A stretch of 64,000 nt of DNA from Octopus vulgaris. Its lineage: Eukaryota. Both the position numbers and the translations under genes were made by a program. A model generated the notes under the pieces. That model saw only the letters and a list, made by a program, of their open reading frames with translations. It searched no databases and was not told the DNA's origin. Shown here in pieces: positions 27,909 through 41,800 of the stretch. The stretch spans positions 46,624,001 through 46,688,000 of the forward strand of contig OX597824.1 of assembly GCA_951406725.2 (NCBI GenBank), written 5' to 3'. The first letter of the stretch is position 1. Every line of letters begins with the position of its first letter.

Positions 27909-28399
27909 GACAGGCATACAAGCAGACAGACAGACAGGGAGAGACAGAAAAATATTTGCTGTTATATAGTTCCAAGTCAGCGTTGATCGGGCAAGGATAT
28001 GATCAAAAAGAAGGTACGGCAATATCCCTGGATGACCACAGCCAATTGGTGGAAAGCAATAAAAGAGTAATTAAAAGAGATGAAAATAAAGTAACAGAGA
28101 GAGAGAGAGAGAAATGTAGACAGGTATTGAGAGAGTAGGGAAAGGGAACCATGGGAACATATTCATTTACTGAAGGAATGACTTTTTAAGATTATTTTCA
28201 GAGAACGTTACAAAAGTATAGGTTTCATTTCCTTTGTCTAAAGGTAGACAAGATGTTTGAGTTTTCCATATTTATTTAATTTTAAAGTCATCATTTATTT
28301 GAAAAAGCGTAGAGGGGTTGTATAAAGAAAGAATGTAGCATGAACGCACTAAAACAAACAAAAAATATAAAATAAATAGAATTTTTAAAATAATTGTAG

Positions 28400-28580
28400 C
28401 AAAGCTTACACGCTTACATGCTTCACAGCTTTTCTTCCGACTCTACGTTTTGGGTTCAAATGCATTGAGGCCAATTTCGCCTTTGATCTTTTCGGGGCGA
28501 TAAAATAAGTACTACTGGGGTCGAAATAATCGATTTACAACCCCTTCATAAACTGCTGGCTTTGTGCCAAAAGAAACATT
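28400..28580 (+). mobile_element. Degenerate SINE (Meta-domain-like family)
   Basis: gggttcaaat B box, gcctttgatcttttcggggcgataaaataagtac. Confidence 0.75.
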
Positions 28581-29689
28581 TTCCTACACAATAACTGTAA
28601 TGTGAATAATTCTTATAACATGTTTAACCACAACAACACTAAAAACAATAACAACTTTGTAAATGTAATTCTTAATAAACAAATAAAATAGTGAAGAAGA
28701 GCAATTTTAGCTTTGCTGACGCTGCCAGTCACAGAAAGAATTTGATGGAGCAGTTAGCTGAGAAAAATTCGTTTGGCAGAGTTATGAACCAACTCTTTGC
28801 TAGAACCTTTCATTCAAGAGCTTGTGACAAGGAAATTTACCTCCTTTTGCATCGTCATTCCTCATAAAGAACAATAATAGCTAGACACGGCTGAAGTGTT
28901 GGGAGATGTCTCCTCTATCGACCATGCAAAGCCCTACGGGGCTAAAACAAACCGAACTGGTATGTCGCACACAACGCTTGGATCGATGAAGTTCAAATAT
29001 TACCGTCAAGGATATTGGCTCGTCATTACCATTGTGCTACAATATGCTACAAAGAGGAATGCCGAGGTAATAAAAGACGGCATGTGATCGGTGGGGGTCT
29101 GAATGGAATACAAGTCTTAATAACATTAGAAGGCCACAAAACACAAAAGAAAACGACATGTAACTGATGGTGAAAGGCTGCAAGCCTAGCGGCTACACCT
29201 GAAGGAGTGAAAGGAGTTATCTCCCCTGGAGAACTCGTGAAGTGAAGACAAAGAGAGCAGTAGAGCAAGCAACAACAGCTGATCCCGAATGTTTCTGTTT
29301 CAATAGCACTGCAAGTCATATCACCATTTACAGCTTGAAGGGCGACAGGAAAACTTGCTATATTTTCAACTCGCAAAACCGACAACCAGGAGCCAATTGC
29401 CCAGTAAACCGGGATAACTTCTCTTAATATTTGCACCCCCTACAAATTATTATATGAAAAGCAAATGAAGGACAGATCATTGGATTAAACCTTCGGAGAC
29501 AGTAAAATAAAAGCAAGGGAAAAACAATTGAGCCGAAACAAAGAGCATATAAAATCTTCCCTTCCAAGGAACGACATTAGAGTTGTAGCCCTGTGAATAA
29601 ACAACATGTCCCTGTGATCAAAACTGGCGTTCTAAAATAATGATGGTGTGCTGCAAAAAGAGGCGGATTTAGGATCAGATTTAAAAAGA

Positions 29690-30860
29690 CATTGAACTTA
29701 TAGGAGATTGCTTAAAACCACAAAAGTTGTTTTTCACATCATAGAGCAGGCTTCCCCCGAGGACTCAGAATGCATTTTTGCTACGTCCAATGCAAAAAGG
29801 GTTCACGAACGGATTTTGTGCTCAGCAGGTTACAATACATGGAAATGTGATGGTGCTATCAGATGTTCTCGATGGTTCTCATGGCTTTACTATCGAAGCC
29901 GTCGATCCTCTTTTCCAGGGTCTTCGTGAGGGGCTACATTTCTGCTCGATAATATTATTTCTTTTCTATGTACAACATAGTTCTTCAGACTTCAATATCG
30001 CAGTACAAGCGGTGTCTTCTGAGTTTAGCGATCCTCAACCTCCTTCCTTTCTTGATAGACAGAGTCTATCGATATTACTTTTAGAGTAGTAAGGGCTAGG
30101 CATTGGGAGCAGTTTCTTAATTCTTTTATCTAAGTTATGTATCTCTATCTACTTCCATTTTAGAAAAAGGAGCAGTGTATCTTAATACTGCCAGGACCCA
30201 CGTATTTATTGCTTTAATTATATTCCCTCCGTTTAATTTTCTTTCGAACACCTCCTTAATTCTTCTTTTGTATTCTTTGAATATTTTTCTCTCGTTTCTT
30301 CTTCCATTTTCCTATCTTCTTCCAGGACCCCTAGTTGCTTGTTTCATTCATTATTTCTCAACAATCTAATGATAGTGTCTTGTGCTGATTTTATACCTTC
30401 AGAGCCTATCTTTCGGCCTCGCTTCATAATTAACACAGCACACTTATTTAACTCAAACTGCATCCCAGTACCCTTGATAAAAACATTTACTGTTTGGATA
30501 AGAAAATGTTGGTCTCTTTTCACTTTAAGCATGCAATTTGAGTGCATTCATATAATGCATGTGATTTATTTTCATTTTGGCTTCATCAAATTCATAGGCT
30601 GGCCTGAATTTTCTCAGACGAAACAAAACATAAAAGGGAGAGAGAGTCTTCCTGAGATACACCAATGCGTATTTTAACATTCCCCAACGATTCCATCGCG
30701 CATGTTACTTCTGCTTTCCAAGCTCTCGTTACTTTTTTTAAAGATCTCTTTATTTCTTCAATGCCTCCGATCATCCACAAGCACTCTAGTATACCGACAG
30801 TACGGCACATTGTTGTAAGCCTTCTTGCAATCTATCCATCCAATACCCAAGTTCTTCTTT
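29690..30860 (-). mobile_element. Decayed R4/Dong-like LINE RT fragment
   Basis: KIRIGVSQEDSLSLLCFV, GMQFELNKCAVLIMKRG, IKAINTWVLAVLRY parallel 44144-44793. Confidence 0.8.
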
Positions 30861-30898
30861 CTTTTTCTTATCTTTCTTTCTTTCTTTCTTTCTTTTTC

Positions 30899-30929
<31 letters not shown>

Positions 30930-31022
30930 TCATTCTTTCTTTCTTCTTCTTCTTCTTCTTCTTCTTCTTCTTCTTCTTCTTCTTCTTCTTCTTCTTCTTC
31001 TTCTTGTTATTATTATTATTAT

Positions 31023-31706
<684 letters not shown>

Positions 31707-31709
31707 ATA

Positions 31710-31920
31710 GAGGCGGTGAGCTGGCAAAATTGTTAGCATGCCGGGCGAAATGCTTAGCGGTATTTCGTCTGCCGCTACGTTCTGAGTTCAAATTCCGCCG
31801 AGGTCGACTTTGCTTTCATCCTTTCGGGGTCGATAAATTAAGTACCAGTTACGCACTGGGGTCGATGTAATCGACTATCCCCCTCCCTCAAATTTCAGCC
31901 TTGTTCCAATAGCAGAAAGG
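31710..31920 (+). mobile_element. Full-length tRNA-derived SINE (Meta-domain-like) with (ATT)n tail
   Basis: ggcggtgagctggcaaaattgttag A box; gagttcaaattcc B box; gctttcatcctttcggggtcgataaattaagtaccag central domain. Confidence 0.92.
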
Positions 31921-31967
<47 letters not shown>

Positions 31968-31974
31968 CATCATC

Positions 31975-32399
31975 ATCTTCTTTCAATTCTGTTTCTATTC
32001 CTTGCCGAGTGTCTTCCCAAGACCCAGAGCAGAGAAACACACTGTATACATTGGCAGGCCATTAAAATAAACGCACCAAATTGTCCATTTACAAAGTCAT
32101 TTGACAGGAGAAAAGGGGAAGAAAGACAGAGAGAAAAATAAAAAAAATAAAAAGTAAAAAGTGAACAAAGAAAATCAAGGGGAAAAGAGGAAAGAAAATT
32201 CACAGCGACAATGCTCTTCTCAATGCGTGTGACGTTCCAATTAAGACAATCTTTTGCACTTCCTGTATGGATGGTAAGCCAGGAATCGTTCTTGAGTAAT
32301 TTTCAGTTCCTTTTTTGAACATTCCAAGAGCTAAAATTATTGGTATTGTAACCGTCTTGAGATGCCACATCTTTTCGATTTCGATTAGCAAGTTTGTAT

Positions 32400-32400
<1 letters not shown>
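31975..32400 (-). mobile_element. R4/Dong-like LINE 3' end (RLE C-terminus plus 3' UTR)
   Basis: LLIEIEKMWHLKTVTIPIILALG...EVQKIVLIGTSHALRRAL is the typical RLE tail; ends in (GAT)/(AAT)n. Confidence 0.85.
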
Positions 32401-32466
<66 letters not shown>

Positions 32467-32735
32467 GTTATTATTGATAGGATAAAAGTAAGCTCCAACT
32501 AGCCGACGCAGTGATTCGGGTATCATTCCCAGATAAAGCTGTTGAATATCCCATATATTACTGATGTCCTTCAGAAACGATAAACGGCGCAGCATTCCAT
32601 TGCCTCAGTAAGGGGCCTGGTGGTTCTTTGACAAATCATTATAGTGCAGAATATCTTTAGATGATATACCACGCTAGTTTTATGCTACCATGCTGTGGTG
32701 TGCAACATTAAACCTGTTTCAGCTGTTACATACAC

Positions 32736-32832
<97 letters not shown>

Positions 32833-33328
32833 TGTGTGTGTGTTTGTGTGTGTGTTTGTGTGTGTGTGTTATACACATACATACATACACTCGTGCTCAC
32901 ATATATACATATATTCATATAGAGATACTCAGATATGTAAGAATGTATGTGAGTGTACGCATATATTGTTTTCTTTATGGTTTGCCTGAGTTTCTGCGTT
33001 TGTATGCCTGACATTTATTCAGTGATAGAGGATGGTGTAAACAATATTACATACTTATCAAACAAGTGGCAGGAAGTAAAAACGAATAAGAGAAACAAAG
33101 GAAACAGTGCCTGCAGCGAATGTATTATATTACTAAACCATGCCGCCCTCTCATGGGTGGAGTAATGCAGGTAAGAATCCATATCGATAAACATGTCGGG
33201 TGATGTATGAAATTAATACGTTTCAAATATATTTATTTGACTCTGAGTGAACCAACCATTACCCATGGGTTTCATTGTTCTCGTATTAGACATTGCTTTT
33301 ATAAGAATATTAATATTTCTCCTTGTGA

Positions 33329-33920
33329 AGGCGGCGAGCTGGCAGAATCGTTAGCACGCCGGGCGAAATGCGTAGCCGTATTTCGTCTGCCGTTACGTTC
33401 TGAGTTCAAATTCCACCGAGGTCGACTTTGCCTTTCATCATTTCGGGGTCGATAAATTAAGTACCAGTTATGCACTGGGGTCGATGTAATCGACTTAATA
33501 CCTATGTCTGTCCTTGTTTGTCCTCTCTGTGTTTAGCCCCTTGTTGGTAGTAAAGAAATAGAAATAGGTATTTCGTCTGCCGTTACATTCTGAGTTCAAA
33601 TTCCGCCTTTCATCCTTTCGGGATCGATAAATAAAGTACCACTGACGCACTAGGGTCGATGTAATCGACTTATTCCTTTTGTCTGTCCTTGTTTGTCCCC
33701 TCTATTTTTAGCCCCTTGTGGGCAATAAACAAATATGAATCTTTAGCATGCCGGGCTAAACGCTCTGCAGCATTTTGTCTGTCTTTACGTCCTGCGTTCA
33801 AAATCCACCTGGGTCGGCTTTGCCTTTCATCCTTTCGGGGTCGATAAAATAAGTAATAGTTTATCACTTATTCCTTTTCCCGAAATTACTGGCCTTGTAC
33901 CTAAATTTGAAACCAATATT
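33329..33920 (+). mobile_element. Head-to-tail SINE trimer
   Basis: Units at about 33329-33560, 33566-33735 and 33740-33920. Confidence 0.9.
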
Positions 33921-34214
33921 TCTCGTTCTGAAAACTTACTATTTTCATATGAACGCCCTCAACCATTCAAGCACGAATTGAAGAAGAAAAATGAATTAAT
34001 CACTTAACAAAAGGTGTTTTTCCTATATTTGTTTGGTCACTGCATTCTGGTGAATATTGCTGCGTTATATTCCACGAGAGTTCATTGACCACCAAGCTAG
34101 ATCTTTCGCAATTAACCTTTATAGTTATGCTCTTCTGCTGTCTGCCACTTGTGGAAAGCACCTTATCGCAGTATAGCGCTTCAAAGAATGTAACAATAAT
34201 AAAAAAAATAATAA

Positions 34215-34607
34215 TGGTTTCAGATTTTGGTACAAGGCCAGTAAGTTCAAGCGAGAGGGTAAGTCTATTATATCGAGCTCAATTGGTTTTTATTTTATCG
34301 ATCTCGAAGGGTTGAAAGGCAAAGTCGACCTCGGTGGAATTTGAACTCAGAACGTGAAGACGGGCGAAATACCTATTTCTTTACTAACCACAAGGGGCTA
34401 AACTCAGAGAGGACAAACAAGGACAGACAAACGGATTAAGTCGATTATATCAACCCCAGTGCGTAACTGGTACTTATTTAATCGACCCCGAAAGGATGAA
34501 AGGCAAAGTCGACTTCGGCGGAATTTGAACTCAGAACGTAGCGGCAGACGAAATACCGCTAAGCATTTTGCCCGGCGTGCTAACGATTCTGTCGACTCGC
34601 CGCCTTA
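34215..34607 (-). mobile_element. Head-to-tail SINE dimer
   Basis: Units 34372-34607 (full) and 34215-34371 (starts at ggtatttcg). Confidence 0.9.
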
Positions 34608-34620
34608 ATGATAATAATAA

Positions 34621-37560
34621 TTCTTCCTGGTTTTATTGGCCACAAGGGCTAATATAAATCAAAATATCTAAGGACAAATACAGGACGATGAAAAACAAAG
34701 GATTTTGTAAAAAGAAAGAGGTTCGTGTAAACGTTAAAATAACAGAGAAAAATATAACAAGTAAAACTCCCAATAGGGGGAGGCACTTTGAAAGGTTACT
34801 CGTGGAAAAACCCATAAAAGCCACGGGAACCTGGTCAAACGGGAAGATAGCCACTTCTTTTATATTCCTTCTTATTTACAGGTATAATCTTAGAACTGGT
34901 CCGTTCATACTGGCCATTTTACCGACATTCACCCACCTTTCAACACATTTGCTACGAGCCAACACTTCCCTCTCTACTCTCACCTTCCTTTTCAAGTGGA
35001 ACTTGAAAACGTTGATGAGGCCTTGGCCAAAAGGAAAGTGTCTGACTTTGGCCCTTTCAAACGGCTCCACCATACCATTTCTTTCGCTACAACCACCAGA
35101 CAAATGAAAATTGCCTTGCCTTCCCGGTTAAAGGAGGTCGGGGGCGAAATCTTTACTATGGATTCAGCTGATATCCAGATCCCTCCCACACGCGACAGTA
35201 GCTGTTTGACATAAACCCATAGGTCAGCAATACTCGGGCACTGAACGAGTGCGTACAGAACGGTTTTGTCGCTCTAGGCGCACCACGGGCAGTCCCGACT
35301 AACGGCACTTCCGTGCAGGTGGAGTTTATCCCGAACAGGCAGTGCCTCTCAGTAGCACTGCCAGTCGAGGGACTTTTGGAAGTTATCCATGGGTCCCGGC
35401 CCGAAAGTCCTTCCAAACAGACTGCTTAGCTGGTCGTCGTCGACGCCTAGAGTTTCCTCCGAGAACGTCGTCGCACTTTTCCACATAGTCGGCTACACAG
35501 ACCCTCTATAGAACGCTAGAGTGGAACTACAACCGATCGCATTGCCCACCTGGCGGAGGGCGGTGAGAGCTTGACGGCACTCGAGGTGCCAAGCGCCCTT
35601 CCTCGGTCTACGTTTAATCCAAGATTGCAGCTCGGTCAAAGAGACGAGCTGTAGAAAGTAGAGCCTGACGAACGGCGATCACACCTGCTCACCGTCCAGG
35701 AAACGTCTGAGATACCGTAGCCTGAGCACATATCTGCGCATCAGCAACCACGGCATGCAAGGCCTCCGTTCAGCGGCTGTTGACAGCAGATGGAGCGCCT
35801 GACCAGTGATACGTGACCCTTCCACAGAAAGTCGAAGAGCAAGCGTGTCAGCTTAGTCAACCAGCGGTCGGGACAAGGGACGACGGTCATCGCCACCTCC
35901 GCTCGACCTTTCAAAGACAGCTTCCTCTCGGCCCATTTCTGGGTGAGATTGGCCACTCTGTTCGTCACCTCGTCCCAGTTTTTCTCCAGCTGGAGGTCCG
36001 GACCGAAACAGACCACGACACTGTTGGACGGCATAAACTTGCCCCTCCAGATGCCCAGTTGCAAACCCACGGACTTTTCTGCGTTAATTTTCGCACCTGT
36101 CACCGCTTCGTATTCGCTTAGCGTCTCGCCAATCAGGTCGATGTGCCTGTGGCACGACACCATCACGGTAACGTCGTCGACACAGGCAGACACGCTCCTT
36201 TCACATCCCAGATCACGCGGACACCCTTCAAAACCTCCAACTTCCGCAGTAATAGCTCGAGAGTCAATACGTACAGGAGGGCGGAGAGAGGGCATCCTTA
36301 GCAGACTGAACGCGAGATGTTAAACGGCTCCGAAAGGTGATCGTTCACCCGTATGACCGAGCAGATGCCGCTGTACGAAGAAGCGATCCACCCGCGGAAG
36401 ACGGGACCGAAACCGGCTGCCTTGAGAACAGCTGCCAAGTATCGATGGTCGACCCTATCGAAGGCTTTAGACTGATCTAAATTGATCAAAGCCCCACACG
36501 TGCCAGCTTCGTTACCTACCCCCTCTATGATGTAGCGCATGAGATGGAGGTTGTTGTGGATAGACCTGGTCGGCACGGCGCATGTTTGCGCCTTGCTAAT
36601 CAGCTTGTCACAAGCGCCAACCTCTTGGGTAGGACCTTGGCCAAAATCTTCAACTCTTCATTGAGCAGAGTGATGGGCCTGAAGTTTCCTATCACGTTCC
36701 CCTTGCTTGGGCCTTTTCTCCACAAACAGAAGCAGGAATTCTCCGGTTTTGTTGCCAGTTGCAGTAGACACCTGCCAAATGGCCCGCATACAAGTCTGGC
36801 ATACAAGTATAAAGCTCGTAGAGTAGACCATCCAAACCCGGCGATCTACCTCTCGTGCAGCTTTTCGTCGCTTCTTGTACTTCCCAGTCTTTCGCAGCAC
36901 TCCGCCTCGTTAGCCGAGAGTCGCGGTAGGCCGTTCAGGTACACACCGAAGTCTGTCCCGTTGTCCGTCCCACCGCTCGTCCCGATTAGTCGAGCAAAGT
37001 GCTGCTGAAAGGCTGCACACATCTGCTTGCGGTTCGGAAACCTCACGCCCGTCCTGCTCCACTAAAGACCGAATGGTCGCTTTGTTTCCACGCTTCACCT
37101 CTGCCACGCGGGCCCATCGAGCGGCCTTAGTCCCCTCCCCGCTTACCGAACGTGCCTTAGCTCTGACAACGCAGCCTTCGTGTTTGGCGTCGAAGTGTTG
37201 ATCGAGAGCCAACCTGGCCGCTGACACGTCGGTTGCGATGCCTGACCTAAGAACCTCGTCTAGCTTTCTAACTAAATCCCGCTCTGTTTTGTTTCGTTCT
37301 ACAGCTAGAGCTTTACTAAACCTAATCGATTCTGTTCTAATTGCCCTCTTTAGAGCAAACCACCAGTTGTTAGTGATGATTGCCCCCGGCAACGCCCGCT
37401 TAACTAATAAACTAATCCGGTCTCTGTAAGCTTTGCACACCGTTAATGACGCGTTTAGCTTCCAGTAACCGGGACCCTTTCTATGGAGCCTATCTAAGTC
37501 GACAGTACAGATCAGGAATTTGTAGTCTGTGTAGCCGACTATTTGGAACTGTGGACACCC
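34621..37560 (-). mobile_element. L1/Tx1-like LINE, 5'-truncated, ORF2 pseudogenised
   Basis: APE end GPGYWKLN, NFRPITLLN, LDQSKAFDRVDHRYL, CVDDVTV, C-terminal Cys motif; frameshifts. Confidence 0.93.
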
Positions 37561-37583
37561 TATGCTGTCCTTAATGATGATAA

Positions 37584-37707
37584 TAACTGGTAAATGGTAT
37601 TTCGTCTCCCCTTACGTTCTGAGTTCAAATTCCGCCGAGGTCGACTTTGCCTTTCATCCTTTCGGGGTCGATAAATTCGTGCTAACGATTCTGCCAGCTC
37701 GCCGCCT
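37584..37707. mobile_element. SINE with internally inverted body
   Basis: Head on minus strand (37680-37707), body on plus strand (37596-37678), taccagtta resumes on minus strand. Confidence 0.8.
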
Positions 37708-37737
37708 GAATAATAATAGTAATAGTAATAATAATAA

Positions 37738-38005
37738 CTAGCTGGACCCGTGAAAACTTCACGGAAAAAAAAAAATGTAAGCATATGTAAATAGTGACTT
37801 CATTTAATAACTATCGAATAATTATGTATAAGCAGGACCCTGAGAAATTCTACGAAATACAAAAAATGTAAGCATCTTTAATAGTAGCATCCAATTATAG
37901 TGTAGGAAAGTAAAAGTAGCATCCAATATTTGCTGTGGTTACTCTGAAAATACTGATAAGCATTTAAAAACACAAAACGAACGCCGCCTTCCTTTCAGTC
38001 GCCAC

Positions 38006-38053
<48 letters not shown>

Positions 38054-38240
38054 TCTCTGACCCTCCTCTCTTTCGCTCCGCCAGTCATTTCAACTATTCC
38101 TCCTCTTCTTAACACTTTTTATTTCTCTCTTTCTTTCTTCCTCGCCCTTCAACTGTAGAAAAGTAACAGTAACATCCACAGGTATTTGCTGAGAAAGAGA
38201 CAGAGGGTGAGAAAGTCTGCGTTAGAGAGGGAGGAGCAGG

Positions 38241-38280
<40 letters not shown>

Positions 38281-38285
38281 TAGAC

Positions 38286-38359
<74 letters not shown>

Positions 38360-38807
38360 GCAACATTTCTCTTTGCAATTTCCATATTTTCAACGGCTTT
38401 ATTATATATCTTTCAAAATAAAAAGTTTTCCAGCGTTTTCTCTATTAGAATGGTTTCATTCTCTTTCACGATTATTCTTTATCCACTCCATCCTTCACTC
38501 AATCTATCTCTCTAAATCTTTCTTTCTCTCTCTCTCTCTCTCTCTCTCTTTTCCCTCCACCCTCCTCTGTGTCTCACGCGTTATATTTCTCTTACCTCTC
38601 TATCAATCTTCCCCCCTCTCTCTCTCACTCCCTCTTACTCCCTCCTCTCCTCTTTGCCGCTTTGCCTCTCACTTCAACTATACTTCCTCTGCTTAAGTTT
38701 TATTTCTCTCTTTTTACCTCTTCCTTTCAACTTAGTATGACACACGCCACAAATACATACGTACGTATGTACGTACGTAGGTGTTAGCATATTAATATTA
38801 TTAATGA
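37738..38807 (-). mobile_element. Non-autonomous Helitron-like element carrying microsatellites
   Basis: CTAG terminus at 37738 next to A, hairpin ccgtgaa-aac-ttcacgg about 10 nt inside; 5' TC end at about 38807 is tentative. Confidence 0.6.
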
Positions 38808-38824
38808 TATTAATAATAATAATG

Positions 38825-41800
38825 ATTTCTTTTATTTGACACCAGGGCAAAGGATGAGGGGAACAATAGAAAAACAGACATAAAGTGTTGGGAGTTTACA
38901 TATAATAGAATGATTAAAAAAAAGTATAAATGGTATACATTAGAAGGGAAGTGGGATCTTTTCCTTTTGAACGGCAGTTTTCAACACAATTTCTAGTTAA
39001 CTAAACACTTTTAAACTTCGTATACTGGTAGAATGTGTTTATAAAACATCATTTTTTCTTGGCTTTATTGAGAAAATTCTATATGTTGTAACATATTTCC
39101 ACTTTCAAATCGAGCATTTCGGTAATTTTAACCAATCAAACACGTCCATTTGGGGTGAAAACATACCGTGCTGTATGAATATGCCCCTCGTTTAAGAAAC
39201 AGATTGGGTTTATTTACATTTGCGAAGAAAAAAAAGATACCATCCCCCCACGCCTAACCCTAACTCTAACTAAACCTAACCCTAAAATAGATTGAAATGC
39301 AATAGATCGATACTAGGGTTATAATTATGGGTGACATTTTCATTTGACACCGCTAGAAAAAAATCCCATTTTCCGTAGCAGTGTGTTATGAAATTGTCAC
39401 CCATAATTATAACCCTAGTATCGATCTATTGCATTTCAATCTATTTTAGGGTTAGGTTTAGGTTTAGAGTTATGGTTAGGGTTAGGGGAGGGGGGGGGGG
39501 GAGGGGAGGGTATCTTTTTTTCTTCGCAAATGTAAATAAACCCAATCTGTTTCTTAAACGAGGGGCATATTCATACAGCACGGTATGTTTTCACTCCAAA
39601 TGGACGTATTTGATTGGTTAAAATTACCGAAATGCTCGATTTGAAAGTGGAAATATGTTACAAACTATAGAATTTTCTCAATAAAGCCAAGAAAAAAATG
39701 ATGTTTTATTATAAACACATTCTACCAGTATACGAAGTTTAAAAGTGTTTAGTTAACTAGAAATTGTGTTGACATATGCCGTTCAAAAGGAAAAGATCCG
39801 GGAAGTATACATAGTATATGACACAAGAAAAAAAGAAAAAGAAAAATGATAAAAATAAATAAAAGAAATAAAAGAAAAAGTTATTGTGATGGGATCCCCC
39901 TGATACAGGAGCACCTCTAGGGATAATCAAGGAACCCCACCATCCAAAATCACCCTGAATACCAAGGACGGGAGTCCTCTCCAACGTCTTTCTTCCGACT
40001 CACTGGTCTACACTAAGAGTGGTACGATCCACTCTTGCCATTTTCGCAACTTTCACCCACTCCCTCTCCCCTCACTTTCCGTTTCAAGTAAAACTTGAAA
40101 AAGTCGATGAGGTCTTTACCAAAGAGGAATGTTTCTGTCCTCATTCCTTTCAGCCTCGTCCACTAGATAACCTCTTTCACCACAGCCACCAGACAAAGGA
40201 AAACTGCCTTACCTGCCCGATTAAAGGAGGGCGGCAGGACAATCATCATTATGGACTCGAATGACAGACATATCTGTCCTACACGCGACAGTAGCTGTTC
40301 GACATAACACCACAAATCAGCAATGCCCAGACACTGAACGAGTGCTTGCAGAACGGTTTCGTCACTCTGCGAGCACCTCGGACAAGCCCATCTGATAGCA
40401 CATCCATGCCTGTAGAGTTTATCTCGAACCGGTAGAGCTCCTCGGTAGCGCTGCCAGGCCAAAGACTTCATGAAATTATCTATAACAGTATCCCCACCGG
40501 AAAGTCTTCCGGAATAGACTTGCCAGTTCGTCTTCGTCGACGCCTAGGGTCTCCCCGAGGACGTCGTGGCACTTCTCCGCTATTAATCCTCTATAAGTAT
40601 CTAAAGTAGAACATCCACCGATCCTATTGCCCGACTTCTAGAGTACAATGAACACCTGATGACATTCTAAGTACCAGGCACCCAGTCTCAGCCTATCTTT
40701 TACTCAGGACTGCAGCTCCATCAAAGAGACGAGCTACAGAAAGGCGTGTCTCACAAACGGAGCCAACACACTTTCACCTTCTAGAAATCGCTGCAGGTGG
40801 CGCAACCTTAGTGCATGCCTGCACATTAAAAGCCATGGCATGCCTAAGCCGCCACGCAAAGAAAGTTGGCAGCAGACCGACCGCCTGACCATTGGAACAT
40901 GTCCTTTTCACAAGAAAATAAACAGGATACGCTCCAATGTAATCAAACAGTAATTGGAGCAAGGTAGGACGGTCAGACGATAAATAATGACAGAGGCGAT
41001 GTAGGCATTCGCCACCTCTGCCCGACCTTTCAGGGACAACTTCCTCTCCGGGTAAGACTTCTGAGTAAGAGAAGTCATCCTGTTCATCACCTCTTCCCAA
41101 TTCTTATCCACCTGGAGGTCGGGACCAAACCAAACCCCGAGCAGTTTAACTGATCCGTCAGTCCAGAGTCCGACGACATTGATCTGCTTCTCCAGATGCC
41201 CAATTGTAATCCCAGCGACTTGTCGGCATTGATTTTAGCCCCTGCAACTGATTCATATTCCTTTACAATGGAGCCGACCGTCTCCACTTCGGGGGCATCC
41301 GACACCATGACAGTAACGTTGTCCGCGTGTGCAGACACTACCCTCCCGAGTCCAGTTTCGAAAGGCAGGCCTCATAAATATTCCAACTTCCGCGGCAGTG
41401 GCTCGAGAGCCTGCACATACAGAAGAGGTGACAGCGAGCAGCCCTAACGGACCGAACGTGAGATATTAAACGGTTCCCAAATATGGCCATTTATTTTTAC
41501 CTCCGTGCAGGTGCCGCTGTGCATTGCAGCAATCCAACCTCTGAAAACGGGTCCGAAACCGTCCGCTTTAAGGACGGCTTCCAAGTAACGATGGTCTACC
41601 CTATCGAAAGCTTTCGACTGATATAAATTGATCAGGGCCCCACCGAAGTCAGCTTTATATCGTATAAGGTGGACAGAGGCTGTCGTGGATAGACCTGCTC
41701 GGGATTGCGCATGTTTGTGCCTCCCCGACCAGACCACCAACGACAAGCGCCAACCTTTTCGCTACACCTTGGCCAAAATCTTAAACTCCGTGTTTAACAG

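Noticed and set aside
28830-29690. Additional plus-strand R4-like LINE remnant
   Set aside because: Only faint motif resemblance; could not be supported by eye.
31710-31800. tRNA genes at SINE heads (also 16197-16260)
   Set aside because: A/B boxes are present but there is no cloverleaf and they are attached to SINE bodies or are degenerate.
39253-39510. Chromosome-fusion or telomere relic
   Set aside because: Few, degenerate units symmetric within MITE arms bounded by a TSD.
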